The position numbers and the translations under genes were made by a program. 64,000 nt of DNA. Origin: Adineta vaga. Its lineage: Eukaryota; Animalia; Rotifera. Positions 1 to 13,628 of this stretch are shown one piece after another. A model generated the notes under the pieces. That model had not been told where the DNA came from. It saw only the letters and a program-made list of their open reading frames with translations, and did no database searches. The stretch is taken from the NCBI GenBank assembly GCA_021613535.1, contig CP075492.1, positions 15,748,001 to 15,812,000 of the forward strand, written 5' to 3'. Within the stretch, counting starts at the first letter, position 1; the number at the start of each line of letters is the position of its first letter.

Positions 1-576
1 TATAAGAGGTTCAACCATCTACACTTTTAGTCTTCAGGAATGATATATATTCTATTTAATATACATCTCATGACTAAAACTTCTTTGGAAAAACAGTGTT
101 TAACCTCGATTTACAACATACATAGCAATTACAAGCTTTGCCAATAAAGATCAATTTTGTCATGCAAAACTAATGTTTGTAACATTTTCTCCTAGATATC
201 TTAAACATTTACATTTGTTTATATACTTTTTTTTCGAATGACTTTGACGGTATGTGGATATTAGTTTGAGTTTGTACAGTTGTCTCCTTTTCTTAAATTC
301 ACCATCCACATCCTCAATCCAATCAAACAAACATTTAAAATTGTCCATACACTCAAGTTTAACGGGATGAATGTTGAGACTACTAGGGACAACTTAAGGT
401 CTATGTTCGCGTGCATGTTTTTGTATCATCAGCATGTTCATTCAATACTGTTGTTATTGACTTTTCATCCATGTATTTTTTGTTTGTATTATTTTAGGGT
501 TATGATGTATTTTGATAATGTTACAGTGCTGTAATGTAGAACATAACAAAACAATATTTTCTATCAAAAACTGTAT

Positions 577-615
577 CAGGTGACTTCTACCCTTTCAGAG
601 TTGTTGTGTTGAAGT
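577..615 (+). promoter_or_regulatory. Conserved upstream element CA(G/A)(G/A)TGACTTTTACCCTTT(C/T)AGAGTTG, representative copy
   Basis: The TGAC core recurs at 581, 2162, 3505, 5227, 10198, 12033, 13304, 21249, 22421, 23617 and 24944 (degenerate near 8589), 309-374 nt upstream of each ATG. Confidence 0.6.
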
Positions 616-894
616 CAATGTATAATCAAATTGCCATGCTTTATTATACAGTAACCAATACTTCATGTATTGAATACACCGTAACTTTTTTCTCATTATA
701 TGTATTCTTCATGACATGTGTAAGTTAAGTACCATCGTAGCAGGGTACTGATAATTGTTTTTCTCAACAGAGACCAACTTTATTCATTACTCTGTTCTCC
801 TATATATATATATAGCCAGACGTTTCCTCATACTTTCATCAGTTGCTTCTCATCGTCTTCTAGTTTCACTTCACATTCCACTACCAATCTCAAT

Positions 895-1137
895 ATGCCT
901 TGTTGTTCATCATCATGTCGTGTCAGCTGTGCCAGCTCATGCTGTGATCCATGCTGTGGCTCTGGTTGTGGTTCATGTTGCGGTTCCGGTTGTGGATCAT
1001 GCTGTGTCGACTCTTGCTGTAGTCCTTGTGTTAAGAAATGTGTCGTCACTAAGACTGTTTGCTACCGACCAGTGGTCAAAGTTGTGAAGAAGACATGCGT
1101 TGTTCGCAAATGCTGTGTCGATCCTTGCTGCTGCTAA
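895..1137 (+). CDS. Cys-rich small protein, copy 1 (80 aa, 25 Cys)
   Basis: Intact ORF, TATA-like element near 800, AATAAA near 1193; differences from the other copies are mostly synonymous. Confidence 0.93.
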   Translation: MPCCSSSCRVSCASSCCDPCCGSGCGSCCGSGCGSCCVDSCCSPCVKKCVVTKTVCYRPVVKVVKKTCVVRKCCVDPCCC

Positions 1138-2507
1138 GATGAACATTCTTTTTTTCTCATATTTCTGTAAACTGACTCACAATAGAATATAAAATAAAAC
1201 CCGGGCAAAAAATATCATTTTCTAGAATATATATGAAGTGAATCATTTATGCAAAGTGTGAAGTACGGACGAGAATAAATTCTGTCCACCCACGCCATCA
1301 AAAAACACGATAACTAATAGAAATACTTCTAAAGAGTGGGTATAATCATTAGAAATCACCATGTCATTTGAGTATATGTTTACTAGCAAACTGGTTCAAT
1401 GTGATAAGCTTATTCGTACGTGAGCATCAATTGATCAAGATTCTCAACATCCAGAAATCTAATTTTGCTAGCTGATTTCTATTCAATGATTAAGAAGATC
1501 GCAGCCCTCGAAAATAGAAGCGCCCTGTTTTGTTTGTCTTCATTCGAGTGATAGAAAAAGTAAATTGTGTGTATGTGTGTGCTGTTTAAAAGACATAATC
1601 TATTCTTTATTCAATTGATCATATGACTAAAACAAAAAAAGAATGATAATTCTACCAAAATTAGTTTTATCACGATGAATTTCTCGCATTTTGCATCTGA
1701 CAAGTGGGTGCTTTGAGTTGCACGAATTATTTGGAATTATAGAAAAAATAGCATTAACTGTTCCCGAATTAATAAGTGAGATTTTAGAGTACAAATTTTC
1801 ATCATAACTACTAATATACCTCACATATCCGGATATTTCATAAAATGAGATAACAACGAATAAATTACCACAATCAATTGATAATGGATATCTTTTCTTG
1901 AAGCAGAATACTGCAAAACTGACGATATTTAAAAGCAATCAAACAAATAAAACATTTATGTGTATTCACCTCTTCACAACTCTCCATTACTGATATGTCT
2001 ATTCACTATTATTGTGGTTATTGTTTTCCATCAGAAAATTACAAATTTTTCCGATACATTTTTTCTGGTATGCTATGGTAATGATCTAATTTGATAATGT
2101 TACATTAGTGTACTATAAAACGTAATAAACAATATTTTCTACAACAAAAAAGTGTATCAGGTGACTTTTACCCTTTTAGAGTTGTCATATTGAAGTTAAC
2201 GTGTATTCAAACTTTGATGTTTTTCACGCTGTCATACAAATCAAAGAAGAGGCAACGATAATAAGCGTGATTTAAAATTAATGTATCATAGTAGTTGATA
2301 TCTAATGCGTTGAATAAAGCGTAACCTTTTTCTCAACATACGTTTCTTCATGACACACCAATAAAGAATTACTTTTGCCAACTGAAAACACATCTCTTCG
2401 CTGCTCTGTTCTTCTTGTATAAATAGGTGGCCGTGTTCTCATAATTTCATCAATCATATCTCTCATCATCCTCTAGTTTCACTTCACATTTCATTACTAC
2501 TATCAAT

Positions 2508-2750
2508 ATGCCTTGTTGTTCATCATCATGTCGTGTTGGCTGTGGCAGCTCATGCTGTGATCCATGTTGTGGCTCTGGTTGTGGTTCATGTTGCGGTTCT
2601 GGTTGTGGATCATGCTGCGTCGATTCTTGCTGTAGCCCTTGTGTTAAGAAATGTGTCGTCACTAAGACTGTCTGCTATCGACCAGTCGTCAGAGTTGTGA
2701 AGAAAACATGCGTTGTTCGCAAATGTTGCGTCGATCCTTGCTGCTGCTAA
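2508..2750 (+). CDS. Cys-rich small protein, copy 2 (80 aa)
   Basis: Intact ORF, TATAAAT upstream, conserved 3'UTR. Confidence 0.93.
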   Translation: MPCCSSSCRVGCGSSCCDPCCGSGCGSCCGSGCGSCCVDSCCSPCVKKCVVTKTVCYRPVVRVVKKTCVVRKCCVDPCCC

Positions 2751-3878
2751 TATGAACAATTTTTTTCTCATTTTTCTGTAAACTAACACACAGTAGAATA
2801 TAAAATAAATCCGGGGAAAATACATTCACGTTGTTTTGTGAAAGGAATAGCATGTCTCTCTCACATTCATCCATACGAGCAAAATTATGAAATATAGCGA
2901 GATGATTTTGTGCAATTCAATTGCATATAACTGGTAATAGCTGAGAAAAACAGCTCTTCATATTCTTGTTTGAAGAATGTTGTGATTTGAAAATACAGCG
3001 TTAGCAACGTGACACAAAAATGGTATTAACTTCTAATTAGAACAGTTTTCTTCAGAATTTGATGCGGGTTGAAACACTATTTTAAAAAACTAAATAACAC
3101 ATGGTTTATGCTACTCGCGAACATAGAAAATGTCAATCTAAAGTTTTCCATCATTTGATTCACGTTTTTTATAAGCTGAAGCTATTCGAAGTAGTAGTAG
3201 TGTAACCAACTTTGAATAGACCGCATTATTTAAGTTACTCTACTATTGTTGCTCATAGATATAACAAACTGCATCCTAGGCTGCCCTCAATTCAGAGATG
3301 AGATTACGACGAGAGTGAAAAGTTTCCGTATTTTCCGTACACATTGTTAATTCTAACTAGTTTCAAATGATTTTTTTCACTTCTGCTTGAGTGAATTTCC
3401 ATCTCGACACGCTAGCACGTTGCAGCTAACTTGAGGTGTAGATTAACGAGTGAAGAAGAAATAGTAACGTACTCCCGTTTATTCAATGCTTTACTTGCAT
3501 CGGGTGACGTTTACCCTTTCAAAATTGTTACGTTGAAGCCAATGCGTAATGAAATCTCGATGTTTTGTCACACTATTGTACAAATCAAAGAAAACGCATT
3601 GCTCATAAGTGCCAGTGAAAATTTATGTGTCATAAAACGGTCAATGTTTGTTGTGTAGGGTAGAGCGTAACATTTTCTCATCATGTGTTTCACCATGACA
3701 TGTGCGTATTAGGCACCTTCATGATACGGCAATAATAAATCATTTTTGTCAATGAAAAACACACCTCTTCGCTGCTCTATTCTTCTTGTATAAATAGGTG
3801 GCCGTGTTCTCATAATTTCATCAATCATATCTCTTATCATCCTCTAGTTTTATTCTACATTATATTACTACTTTCAAT

Positions 3879-4097
3879 ATGCCTTGTTGTTCATCATCTT
3901 GCCGTGTTGGCTGTGGCAGCTCATGCTGTGATCCATGCTGTGGCTCTGGATGTGGTTCATGTTGCGTCGATTCTTGCTGTAGTCCTTGTGTTAAGAAAAC
4001 TGTCGTCACTAAGACAGTCTGCTACCGACCAGTCGTCAGAGTTGTGAAGAAAACATGCGTTGTTCGCAAATGCTGCGTCGATCCTTGCTGCTGCTAA
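3879..4097 (+). CDS. Cys-rich small protein, copy 3 (72 aa, one GSGCGSCC unit)
   Basis: Intact ORF with an in-frame 24-nt shorter repeat region. Confidence 0.93.
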   Translation: MPCCSSSCRVGCGSSCCDPCCGSGCGSCCVDSCCSPCVKKTVVTKTVCYRPVVRVVKKTCVVRKCCVDPCCC

Positions 4098-5589
4098 TAT
4101 GGACAAGTTTTTTTCTCATTTTTCTGTAAACTGACTTTGAGTAGAATATGCAATAAACCCGGGAAAAATATATCAAGATTGATCCTACGGAGAAATAGAC
4201 ATATCATTTTTGTGGGACAAACGTTTTATGATGCTACACAATATCATTCTCTAAAATATATGAATCATAGGATTGATATAATGATTGTTTATTCCTGTAG
4301 GTGAAAATATGGAAGTTGACTGAACTTGATTCTCTTGTAAAGGCGCTCAATCAAGATTTCAAATAAAAGGACCAGTTATAAGTTGGGTGACAGGTAGAAA
4401 GGTGGAATATTTGTCTTTGGATGATTTTTGAATTCGGAAAAAGCAAATGGTTGAGATGTTCATAATATGGAAAAGTTATAATTAAAAGAATATTAAAAGA
4501 TACTCAAACTATGCAAAAGAATACTTTTTTATGTGAACTATTTTTGTGCAATGAAACAATGAATGAAATCTGAACACAATAGTTTATCTTCGTCATCACA
4601 AGGCAGTTATTCAAATCATTTGAAAGAGTACGTTTCTCACTCCAGTGAAATAGTTTAATATTGAAGTTGTTTACATTTAAATAACTTTAATAACTGATAT
4701 CATTGTTGTTACAGATATTCTTATCTTTATATATATTCAGTTTGATTTTGGTCGGCAAACTAGTGGGATAATTCTCCAATCTAACTATCGCATGTTATAT
4801 CTTCTATAAAACACTGGCCATTCCATTGATGAAGGAGGTGATGATCTGAGTATTTATTGCTTAACTACAGATGTACACACCCTCTTCCTCCGTATCTTTA
4901 TATAATCTATGAAAATAGAGATAATGAAAGATCAATTCTAAGATGGGATTCAATTAAATGAGGATGCGCATCACTTTTGAACTAGATTGTTTGGTAACTA
5001 ATGATATAGAGAAATAATCAAAGGGATCAACGTATTACCATTTTCATCTCTTCGTCTACCTCCAGAATTGAAATATTCATACAATGCTATTCTTATATCC
5101 GTATATTTCATATTATTGGCACTGACTTTCTGTGCTGCTTTATGGCATTCACATTCCTGCGATAACGTTCCAACGTAGTACTTTTGACCGTGAGAAGCAA
5201 TATTTTCCATGAAAAAGTGTATGATATGACTTTTACCCTCTAAGCATTCCTGTAGTGAAGTTAATGTGTAATCAAATTTCGATGTTTTCTCACACAAATC
5301 AAAGGTACAGCATCGATAATAAGCATGAGTGAATAGCAATGTGTCATAGTACGCGATGTTTGATGTATTGAGTAAAGCGTAACTTCTTTCTCTCCATACA
5401 TTTTTACATGACATGTGAATGTTAAGTACCATTATCGTAGGGTACTAATAATTATTTTTGTCAATCGAAAACAACCTTCTTCACTGCTCTATCGTTGTAT
5501 ATAAAGAGACAGACATCTTCTCATACTTTCATCAATCACTTCTCATCATCCTCTAGTTTTATTCTACATTCCATTACTACTCTATCAAT

Positions 5590-5832
5590 ATGCCTTGTTG
5601 TTCATCATCATGTCGTGTTAGCTGTGCCAGTTCATGTTGTGATCCATGTTGTGATCCTTGTTGCGGTCCATGTTGTGGCTCTGGTTGTGGATCATGCTGC
5701 GTCGATTCTTGCTGTAGTCCTTGTGTTAAGAAAACTGTCGTCACTAAGACTGTCTGCTATCGACCCGTCGTCAGAGTTGTGAAGAAAACATGTGTTGTTC
5801 GCAAATGTTGCGTCGATCCTTGCTGCTGCTAA
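5590..5832 (+). CDS. Cys-rich small protein, copy 4 (80 aa, [14 protein letters not shown] variant)
   Basis: Intact ORF, TATATAAA upstream. Confidence 0.93.
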   Translation: MPCCSSSCRVSCASSCCDPCCDPCCGPCCGSGCGSCCVDSCCSPCVKKTVVTKTVCYRPVVRVVKKTCVVRKCCVDPCCC

Positions 5833-5947
5833 TATGGACAAGTTTTTTTCTCATTTTTTCTATAAACTGACTTAGAGTAGAATATGCAATAAACCCGGGT
5901 AAAAAATACAAGAGATAATACTTATGTTGCATTTGAATTTATAAATT

Positions 5948-6433
5948 TTAGCTCTGATTCGAGGCTGAATGAGAGTACTGTAAGACAGCACTTAGCTGAG
6001 GCTGATTCGAGTCATTAACAAGCTTAATTACTGATGTATAGTCGTGTTCACCAGTTGTATAATTATCAATAACGTGTCTGCCATAAGGCTGAGTAAGCCA
6101 ATAGGCCTCATCTAGTCGAAGTCCTTTATAGCCAAGTGACTGGAGCCAAGCACTCACTCGTTCATATGAACATTCAGGTTTCAACCAGAAGACCTCATTG
6201 CGTGTTTCTTTGTTCAGAATGATTTGCTTAAATGCTTCCGGAAAGTCAAGATATCTTGTGGGTTGTAAGCGTGATTCAGCCTTATCTTCATCGTTGTTCG
6301 GAAAAATCCAGCTACGTTTGCTGCCAAAAAAGAATAACGCATTGTCTAAAACTTCTTCAGGAATAGATTCGTATTGGCGCACGAGAGCCGAAGCAGAGAT
6401 GAAAACGACACGATGAATCTCACAATTAGTCAT
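5948..6433 (-). CDS. Orphan 161-aa protein of unknown function, convergent with array copy 4
   Basis: Uninterrupted ORF, higher GC than its flanks, globular-like composition, TATAAAA on the minus strand near 6522-6528. Confidence 0.65.
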   Translation of the reverse strand: MTNCEIHRVVFISASALVRQYESIPEEVLDNALFFFGSKRSWIFPNNDEDKAESRLQPTRYLDFPEAFKQIILNKETRNEVFWLKPECSYERVSAWLQSLGYKGLRLDEAYWLTQPYGRHVIDNYTTGEHDYTSVIKLVNDSNQPQLSAVLQYSHSASNQS

Positions 6434-7182
6434 TGTAGAGTTCTAAATCAATAAAACATAAATATAATGATAGTATTGGAATTAGTAATGTCTGTTTTTG
6501 TGCTAAAATCAGTCAGAACACTTTTATATCGACCTAATATGCATTAATCATTATATAACTTATATATATCTACAAGAATGTTTGTTTATTCCCTATAAAT
6601 TCAGTCGCTGTAATTGCTAGCATCATTTAACGTTCCATATTGGATTGGAAATTGAACTATAGCTCTTAAAAAACGAGTCGATTTATAGATGCATATGGTC
6701 AAAACTGTTAACCTCTGGTGTACATCTTCTATAGTTTCCCAACACGCGAATTTTTCAATATACAGATTTTTTATGAGTATTCACCGAAATATAGAAATCA
6801 CAAAGTTAAAAATGAAAAGCTAATCAATCGAAGTTCAATATATTTGAATCTTTTTTTATCGATTCTTTCTTTTACGAGAAGAATTAACTCACCATTTTCT
6901 TGACTTTTCTACAGGTCACCTCTAGATGTGCAAATGAAAAATGAAGAAAATATGAGTAGAGTAGCTCTTTTCTTCTTTCTTTCTTTCTTTTGTTCTTGTT
7001 CGTGCTAAGCAAATAAGCAAACGCATGTTTCATTTCACAACACTTTACTTCACCAATACAGCGGAACTCATGATTATTACGAATGGAGAGTTCCATCACC
7101 TTTTTTTCTTTCGTCAGTCAGACAAAACTTATTTAACGTTGTTTTTATATCTTAAAAAGCGAACATGGTATAGGTGCAACCA

Positions 7183-7690
7183 ATTATATAACGAAGGATG
7201 CCTATCTGTCTGTTCGCTATGCATTCAATTCCTGTTTTGACCAAGATCACCATACTTTTCATGATACTTCCTTGGGCCTAGATAAGGTTGAAAATATTAA
7301 CGGGAGGATCAAAGGGCGGTACCTGGGTGAAATTTCATCCAAATTCTCAATTCACGGTATTAACCTAGATCCGAACTAAGCTCGGGAGGAGGTTAAAATT
7401 ACCAAGAGCGATTAAGGAGGAATTGTTTATTGGGGAAGTTTTACACACACTCGTGACTAACTAGAATTTATCCCCTGCAAAAGCTAGCGTCATCAAACTT
7501 CTCTGAATATTTGCTTTGACCTAAAGAAGGATAGAGAGAGAGAGGGTAACCAAAACCAGTAGGAGGAGGGAAAAAAGAAAGTGAAGAAAGGATCACTAAA
7601 AACAGCGAAGATGAAGAATGAACTGAGTAGAGTTTCATGTATGTTTAAATAAACTGAAATTTCTCCCAATTTTTCGAAGGTATAGCCAGT
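7183..7690 (+). mobile_element. Degenerate non-autonomous Helitron remnant
   Basis: 7200-7340 (tctgtctgttcgctatgcattca...gatcacca...cttcctt...gtgaaatttcatcca) matches the reverse complement of the 5' part of the element at 42085-43014. The ends are approximate. Confidence 0.7.
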
Positions 7691-7699
7691 TTGCTATGA

Positions 7700-8440
7700 T
7701 CTTGAAACTATTTATCTTCTATTGTGTAAGCATCCGTTACAGCATATCGTCGAATACTTTCAACATTTTATTCTCTTATTGAATCAAAATTTAAAAATAT
7801 ATAGTTGATGATCAATCTTGTACTCCTATAATTACTTTTAGTTATGGATATGATTTCGCTAATTAATCATCACTTACTCTTACATTTTTGTGTGTCATTT
7901 AATTCCTTCATGCAATTCCTTTTTATTTATATTTTGATATTTCATCAATTACGCATACATGCATGAGCATAAGTCCTGCACTATAACTACTAATATTTCA
8001 ACAGTTTTTTTTCTCATTTTTTGTGAGATTCCAGCATCAATGAGGATTATATTCGGACTTTTAACTTATCGAAATATTCGTCGAACAACAAGTGGATCGA
8101 CAATTAATAAAAATGACATTTTCACAAATGATTCTTGTTGTAATGTGTTCTACTTCATTAGCTAGTTATCATATATACAATGTAATTACATCTGGAATTG
8201 TCAAAGATCAGGATCGACTACTGAAAGAATATCTTGTATACGCAATTCTTAGTACTGATTCAACATTATATTTTGGTGTATGTTAATGTTTCTTCTACCA
8301 TAATTTCTATGAATCTTTCTTTGATTATTTTTAGCCAAGTTTCTATATTTCTTAATTTTGTTCAAGTCGTTTTCGTCTAAACGTCAAGGAATGATTACTA
8401 AAACGACGACACACAAATGGGATTGTTCCATTCAATTAAA
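7700..8440 (+). pseudogene. Decayed rhodopsin-like GPCR
   Basis: Frameshifted fragments (IIFGLLTYRNIRR, DRQLIKMTFSQ, TM7 plus a short intron) resembling the intact GPCR at 28747-29801. Confidence 0.65.
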
Positions 8441-8957
8441 CAGGATGATTTTAATGAGAACGTAGATGTGAGTTAAGAAGGGACACCAACAGCCAGTTTC
8501 AGTACGTATTCAGTCTTTTGAAGAGTATAGACTGAAGCGGTCGTATTCACATATACCCATCCATTCAATGTTGTTCTATTGTGTCAGACGGGTTTTAACT
8601 CCGCAGAGTTGTAGTGTTGAATTTAATGTGTACGAAGAACCTTTTATATTTTGTCACACTATCAAGCAAATAAAGAAAAACTCGTTCTGAATATGCATGA
8701 GTTTAATTTGATGTCTCATAGTGGTTGATATTTGATGCATCGAACAAAGCGTAACTTTTCTTATCATATGTTTTCTTATGACCTGTGTATGTTAGGTGCC
8801 TTATGATACGGCAATAACAAATCATTTTTGTCAATGAAAAATAAATATTTTCATGTGTCTCTTGTTGTATATAAAGAGACAGACATCTTCTCATACTTTC
8901 ATCAATCACTTCTCATCATCCTCTAGTTTTATTCTACATTCCATTACTACTCTCAAT

Positions 8958-9200
8958 ATGCCTTGTTGTTCATCATCATGTCGTGTTAGCTGTGCCAGTT
9001 CATGTTGTGATCCATGTTGTGATCCTTGTTGCGGTCCATGTTGTGGCTCTGGTTGTGGATCATGCTGCGTCGATTCTTGCTGTAGTCCTTGTGTTAAGAA
9101 AACTGTCGTCACTAAGACTGTCTGCTATCGACCAGTCGTCAGAGTTGTGAAGAAAACATGTGTTGTTCGCAAATGTTGCGTCGATCCTTGCTGTTGCTAA
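8958..9200 (+). CDS. Cys-rich small protein, copy 5 (80 aa; same protein as copy 4)
   Basis: ATG at 8958 by homology; the ORF-track upstream extension runs through the TATA region. Confidence 0.93.
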   Translation: MPCCSSSCRVSCASSCCDPCCDPCCGPCCGSGCGSCCVDSCCSPCVKKTVVTKTVCYRPVVRVVKKTCVVRKCCVDPCCC

Positions 9201-10527
9201 CGTGAACATTTTTTCTTATTTTTCTGTAAACTGACTTTACATCACACGAAATAAAACTCGAACAAAAAGTGTTTAGCTTCATTATATATACAAGTAGACA
9301 TAAGTCTTTTGTGAGTGAGCTAGAGGATGAGTGAATGTATCATTTATTGATAGTTTTTGATAGTGATTGTGTTAAGACTACAAATACCAAAAACGCGTAT
9401 GCATACATGAAAGTACCATTTTTAGTCCTTTTATTTAATTTGTTAAAGTTTTTTGTATGAATATCATTCAACTAGCACAACGAAACACTTGTGAATGATA
9501 ACGTTCAGAGAATATTATTTTAACAAATGAAATTCTCAAATTCTACGGCTACGCAAGTGGATTGAGAAGTACACATTTGCTTAACATCAATATTCTTCTA
9601 TCCATTTTGAACTTTCTATCTGGTTTTTGCGAATATGTAAAGATATAGTATTTTACTGACATGGAATCTTATCTTGAAAGTGTGAATGACGGTAAATGTT
9701 GTTCATCCATATCCTGATACCGCAACCTTTTAGAGATAATATCCCAATTACTATATCCAACATACGATGTATCATTTCTTTCTTGAATACAATAAAGAAT
9801 TATTGGATGTATTTTCTTTACCTTGAACACATCCATATTGACTCTTTTTTTCTTGAAATAATAAGTGTAATTTTTATACGAAGAGTCGTCATCAAAGGGG
9901 AAGACCACAATGTTGTGAAACGGATGATTTCATTCATACAACAAATCCTCCTGGCCATTCTCATGTTCACTAATAAAATTCATAGACAATCAAAAGAGAT
10001 CAACATGTTACCATTTTCACCTCTTCGCATTCCGTCATCATCGAAAATTCATTCAATACTGTTGTTGTATCCGTACATTACCTGTTCTAATCCAACTCTT
10101 GTTGCGTTGCGTTATGACACTCACGTAAATTGATAATGTTACAATATTGTACTATAGAACGTATCATACAATATTTTCAAGCAGAAAATGTAGCAGATGA
10201 CGTGTACCTTTTTAGATTTGTTGCGTTAAAGTTAATGTGTCATCCAATTACCATGCTTTGTCACACAATCATACAAACCAAAGGTATAGCATAACGAATA
10301 AGCATGAGTGAAAAGTTATGTGTCATAAGCACCGATATTTCATGTAACGAATAAAGCGTAATATTTTCTCATTACATGTTTCTCCATGACACATACACAG
10401 TAGACGCCATCGTGAAAGAGCAATAATTATTTGTTCTTGTATATATAGACAGTCGTATCCTCATACTTTCATCAACCACTTCTCATTGTATTCTAGTTTT
10501 ATTCTATAGTACATTATTACGCTCAAT

Positions 10528-10769
10528 ATGCCTTGTTGTTCATCATCATGCCGTGTTAGCTGTGGCAGCTCATGCTGTGATCCATGTTGTGTCCTTGTTG
10601 CGGTCCATGTTGTGGCTCTGGTTGTGGATCATGCTGTGTCGATTCTTGCTGCAGCCCTTGTGTTAAGAAAACTGTCGTCACTAAGACAGTCTGCTACCGG
10701 CCCGTTGTCAAGGTTGTGAAGAAGACATGCGTCGTTCGCAAATGTTGTGTCGATCCTTGCTGCTGCTAA
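10528..10769 (+). pseudogene. Cys-rich small protein, copy 6, with a 1-nt deletion frameshift near 10592 (pseudogene or assembly error)
   Basis: TGTGTCCTTG here versus TGTGATCCTTG in copies 4 and 5; 242 nt instead of 243. Confidence 0.8.
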
Positions 10770-12382
10770 TATGAACATTTTTTTCTGATTTTTTTGTAAA
10801 TTGACTCAGAGTAGAATATAAAATAAACCCGGGCAAAAAATATTTACGTTATTTGTTCAGAAAACCAGATCTAGGTATTTATATTAGTGGCTGTGAACAA
10901 TCGGGTAAGAGGAGAAGATTACACACACACACCCTAGGGATATCAGCAAATAGTTCACATCGACCATTGGATACATTAAATATAACTGTTCGAAAAGTGT
11001 TATTCCTCAAACAAGCAATCTGACAATCGAAAGTGAACAGCCTGCATTTGTACATTAATATTGCATATTATTCATTTTAGTTAATAATAATGTGTTGGAA
11101 TTTTGGACAATTGTTTCTGCAATGATGACCAACAGAAGAAGTACTAATCTGTAAACCATATTTCATGAATGTTGACAGTTTAAGAAATCTGACTTTCTTT
11201 GCTGTTAGCAATCGAAGAAGTTATCAACAAAGAGTGTAACAAAAGATTCGAATATTACGGATAGAGAAAAAGAAAGAAGAAACGATAGATATTATTCAGT
11301 TATGATTTTCATTGTTGAAGTGCCTGTATTTATAACATTCAGACAGGTTGTGAGTGAGTGATCGTGTTAGGACTAAAAAAGTCAATATGCTATAAGCATA
11401 CACACTCAAATGTTTATCGCAAACAATCATACAACTATCACAGAACAAATCACTCGATTGTTTTGCGAATCCTTTGTGAGGATATGGGATTTTTCTCTGT
11501 TTGTCACGACTTGAATATAATGGATTTGGAATAACTAAAAAAATATTTAGTTCAACAGTGATTTTATTTCAATATTGACATGGAAATTTGCTCTAGGAAA
11601 GCATGACTATATTTCAATGAATTTGTTTCTAAACAATACGCCGATGTTCATTTAACTATTTCGAATATAAGACTGAGTCACTTGCTGGACACTTAAAAGA
11701 AATATAAATCGATTTAAAATCACGAATATATTATCTCAAGCAAGGAGGCACCATTGTTATTGCATGTATTTGGACTCGATAAATCCTACTTAATCGTTAT
11801 GCAATTCTCGGCCTTGAGCTTGTGACTATATGAACACATGTTGCTCAATCTAACCAATGCCCTAACCATCATGCTGTTTTCACCTCTGCGTCTCTCTACA
11901 TCAGCGAAATATTACATATTTTTCAGATGCCTTTTGGTGTTACATTTTGGCATTCACGCAATTGGATGATGTTATACTGTTCTACTATAGAACGTAACAT
12001 ACAATATTTTCTATAAAACGAAGTGTCTCAAATGACTTTTACCCTTTCAGAGTTGTTGTGTTCAGATTAGTGTGAAATTAAACCAAAGGTGAGAAATTGC
12101 TAACAAACATGCATGAAAATTTATGTATCATAGTAGTTAATGTTTGATGTATTACATAAACCAGAACAAAATAAAACTTTTTCCTCATCATATATTTTCC
12201 CATCACATGTGTGTGATAGGTATCTTCATAATACGGTAATTATATATTGTTTTATCAACGGAAAACAACCCTTTTCGTTTGTCTGTCGTTGCATATATAT
12301 ATAGAACAAGTGTTCTCATGTTTTTATCAATCACTTCTCATCCTCTTCAAGTTTCACTTCACATCACACTACCAATCTCAAT

Positions 12383-12625
12383 ATGCCTTGTTGTTCATCA
12401 TCATGCCGTGTTAGCTGTGCCAGCTCATGCTGTGATCCATGCTGTGGCTCTGGTTGCGGCTCATGCTGTGGTTCCGGTTGTGGATCATGCTGCGTTGATT
12501 CTTGCTGTAGTCCTTGTGTTAAGAAATGTGTCGTTACTAAGACTGTCTGCTACCGACCAGTGGTCAGAGTTGTGAAGAAAACATGCGTTGTTCGCAAATG
12601 TTGCGTCGACCCCTGCTGCTGCTAA
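12383..12625 (+). CDS. Cys-rich small protein, copy 7 (80 aa)
   Basis: Intact ORF with conserved flanks. Confidence 0.93.
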   Translation: MPCCSSSCRVSCASSCCDPCCGSGCGSCCGSGCGSCCVDSCCSPCVKKCVVTKTVCYRPVVRVVKKTCVVRKCCVDPCCC

Positions 12626-13628
12626 TATGAACATTTTTTTCTGATTTTTTTGTAAATTGACTTTAAATTATATGAAATAAAACCCGGGCAAAAGATATCC
12701 ACCATGTTTATATACGCAAATAGTCAAATCTTTAGTAAAAGGCGACTGTCTCATGATCTTAATGAATATCATCTTCTAATGCGAGGGTGGATGTGCAAGT
12801 TTGAGTAAGAGAAGAACATCACACATTATAATATAGTCACATGTACGAAGCAATCGAAAATGCGTCGGACATTTTAAGGATGAGTGTGTGAATAAATATT
12901 GCTATACTTCACTCACTCACACTTATTATTTTCTACGATGTTTTTCTACTAATTTCATTGGTTGTATGCATGCAATCTATGATTTCAGAAGCAAGGAAAT
13001 AACGTGCATATCTTCATAATCTATAAAATCACAAATAACAAAAGATCAAGTACGGGAAAAGACGTACGATTAAATGTTGTGAAACTGATGATTTCATTTA
13101 AATCAAAGAATTCTTATCATTCGAGTACTCAAAGATAACATTCAGAAGCAATTAACATACCACTGTTTTCATCTCTATATGCGCCTCGTCACCATCAAAA
13201 TATTCATTCAATAAATATCTGACTACAATTTGATGATGTCGAAACGCGTTGTAAGCATTATAGAACGTAACATTCACGAATTTTCACCAGAAAGTGTAGC
13301 AGATGACTTTTACCCTTTTAGAGTTGTTGCGTAAAAATTATTTTGTAATCAAACTACCATGTTTTTGTAACCATCAGACAAATTAAAGGTGAGACGTCGA
13401 TAATATGCATGAATTAAAAGTAATGTGTCATAGATCATATGTTTTCTCATGACATGTTTATCTTAAGTACCGTCAGAATAGGGTAATTATATATCGTTTT
13501 ATCAACAGAAAACAACCCTTTTCGTTTGTCTGTCGTTGCATATATATAGGCAGAAGTATTCTCATATTTTCATCAATCACTTCTCATCCTACTCCAGTTT
13601 TATTCTACATTCCATTACTACTTTCAAT

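Noticed and set aside
1-350. Possible coding remnant on the minus strand
   Set aside because: Short, interrupted by stops, with no recognisable motif.
4998-5432. 144-aa minus-strand ORF
   Set aside because: It overlaps the copy 4 promoter, and the frame is not preserved in the homologous promoters.
9669-10133. ORFs of 79 and 145 aa in the spacer before copy 6
   Set aside because: No motifs; the longer one runs into the conserved non-coding promoter block.
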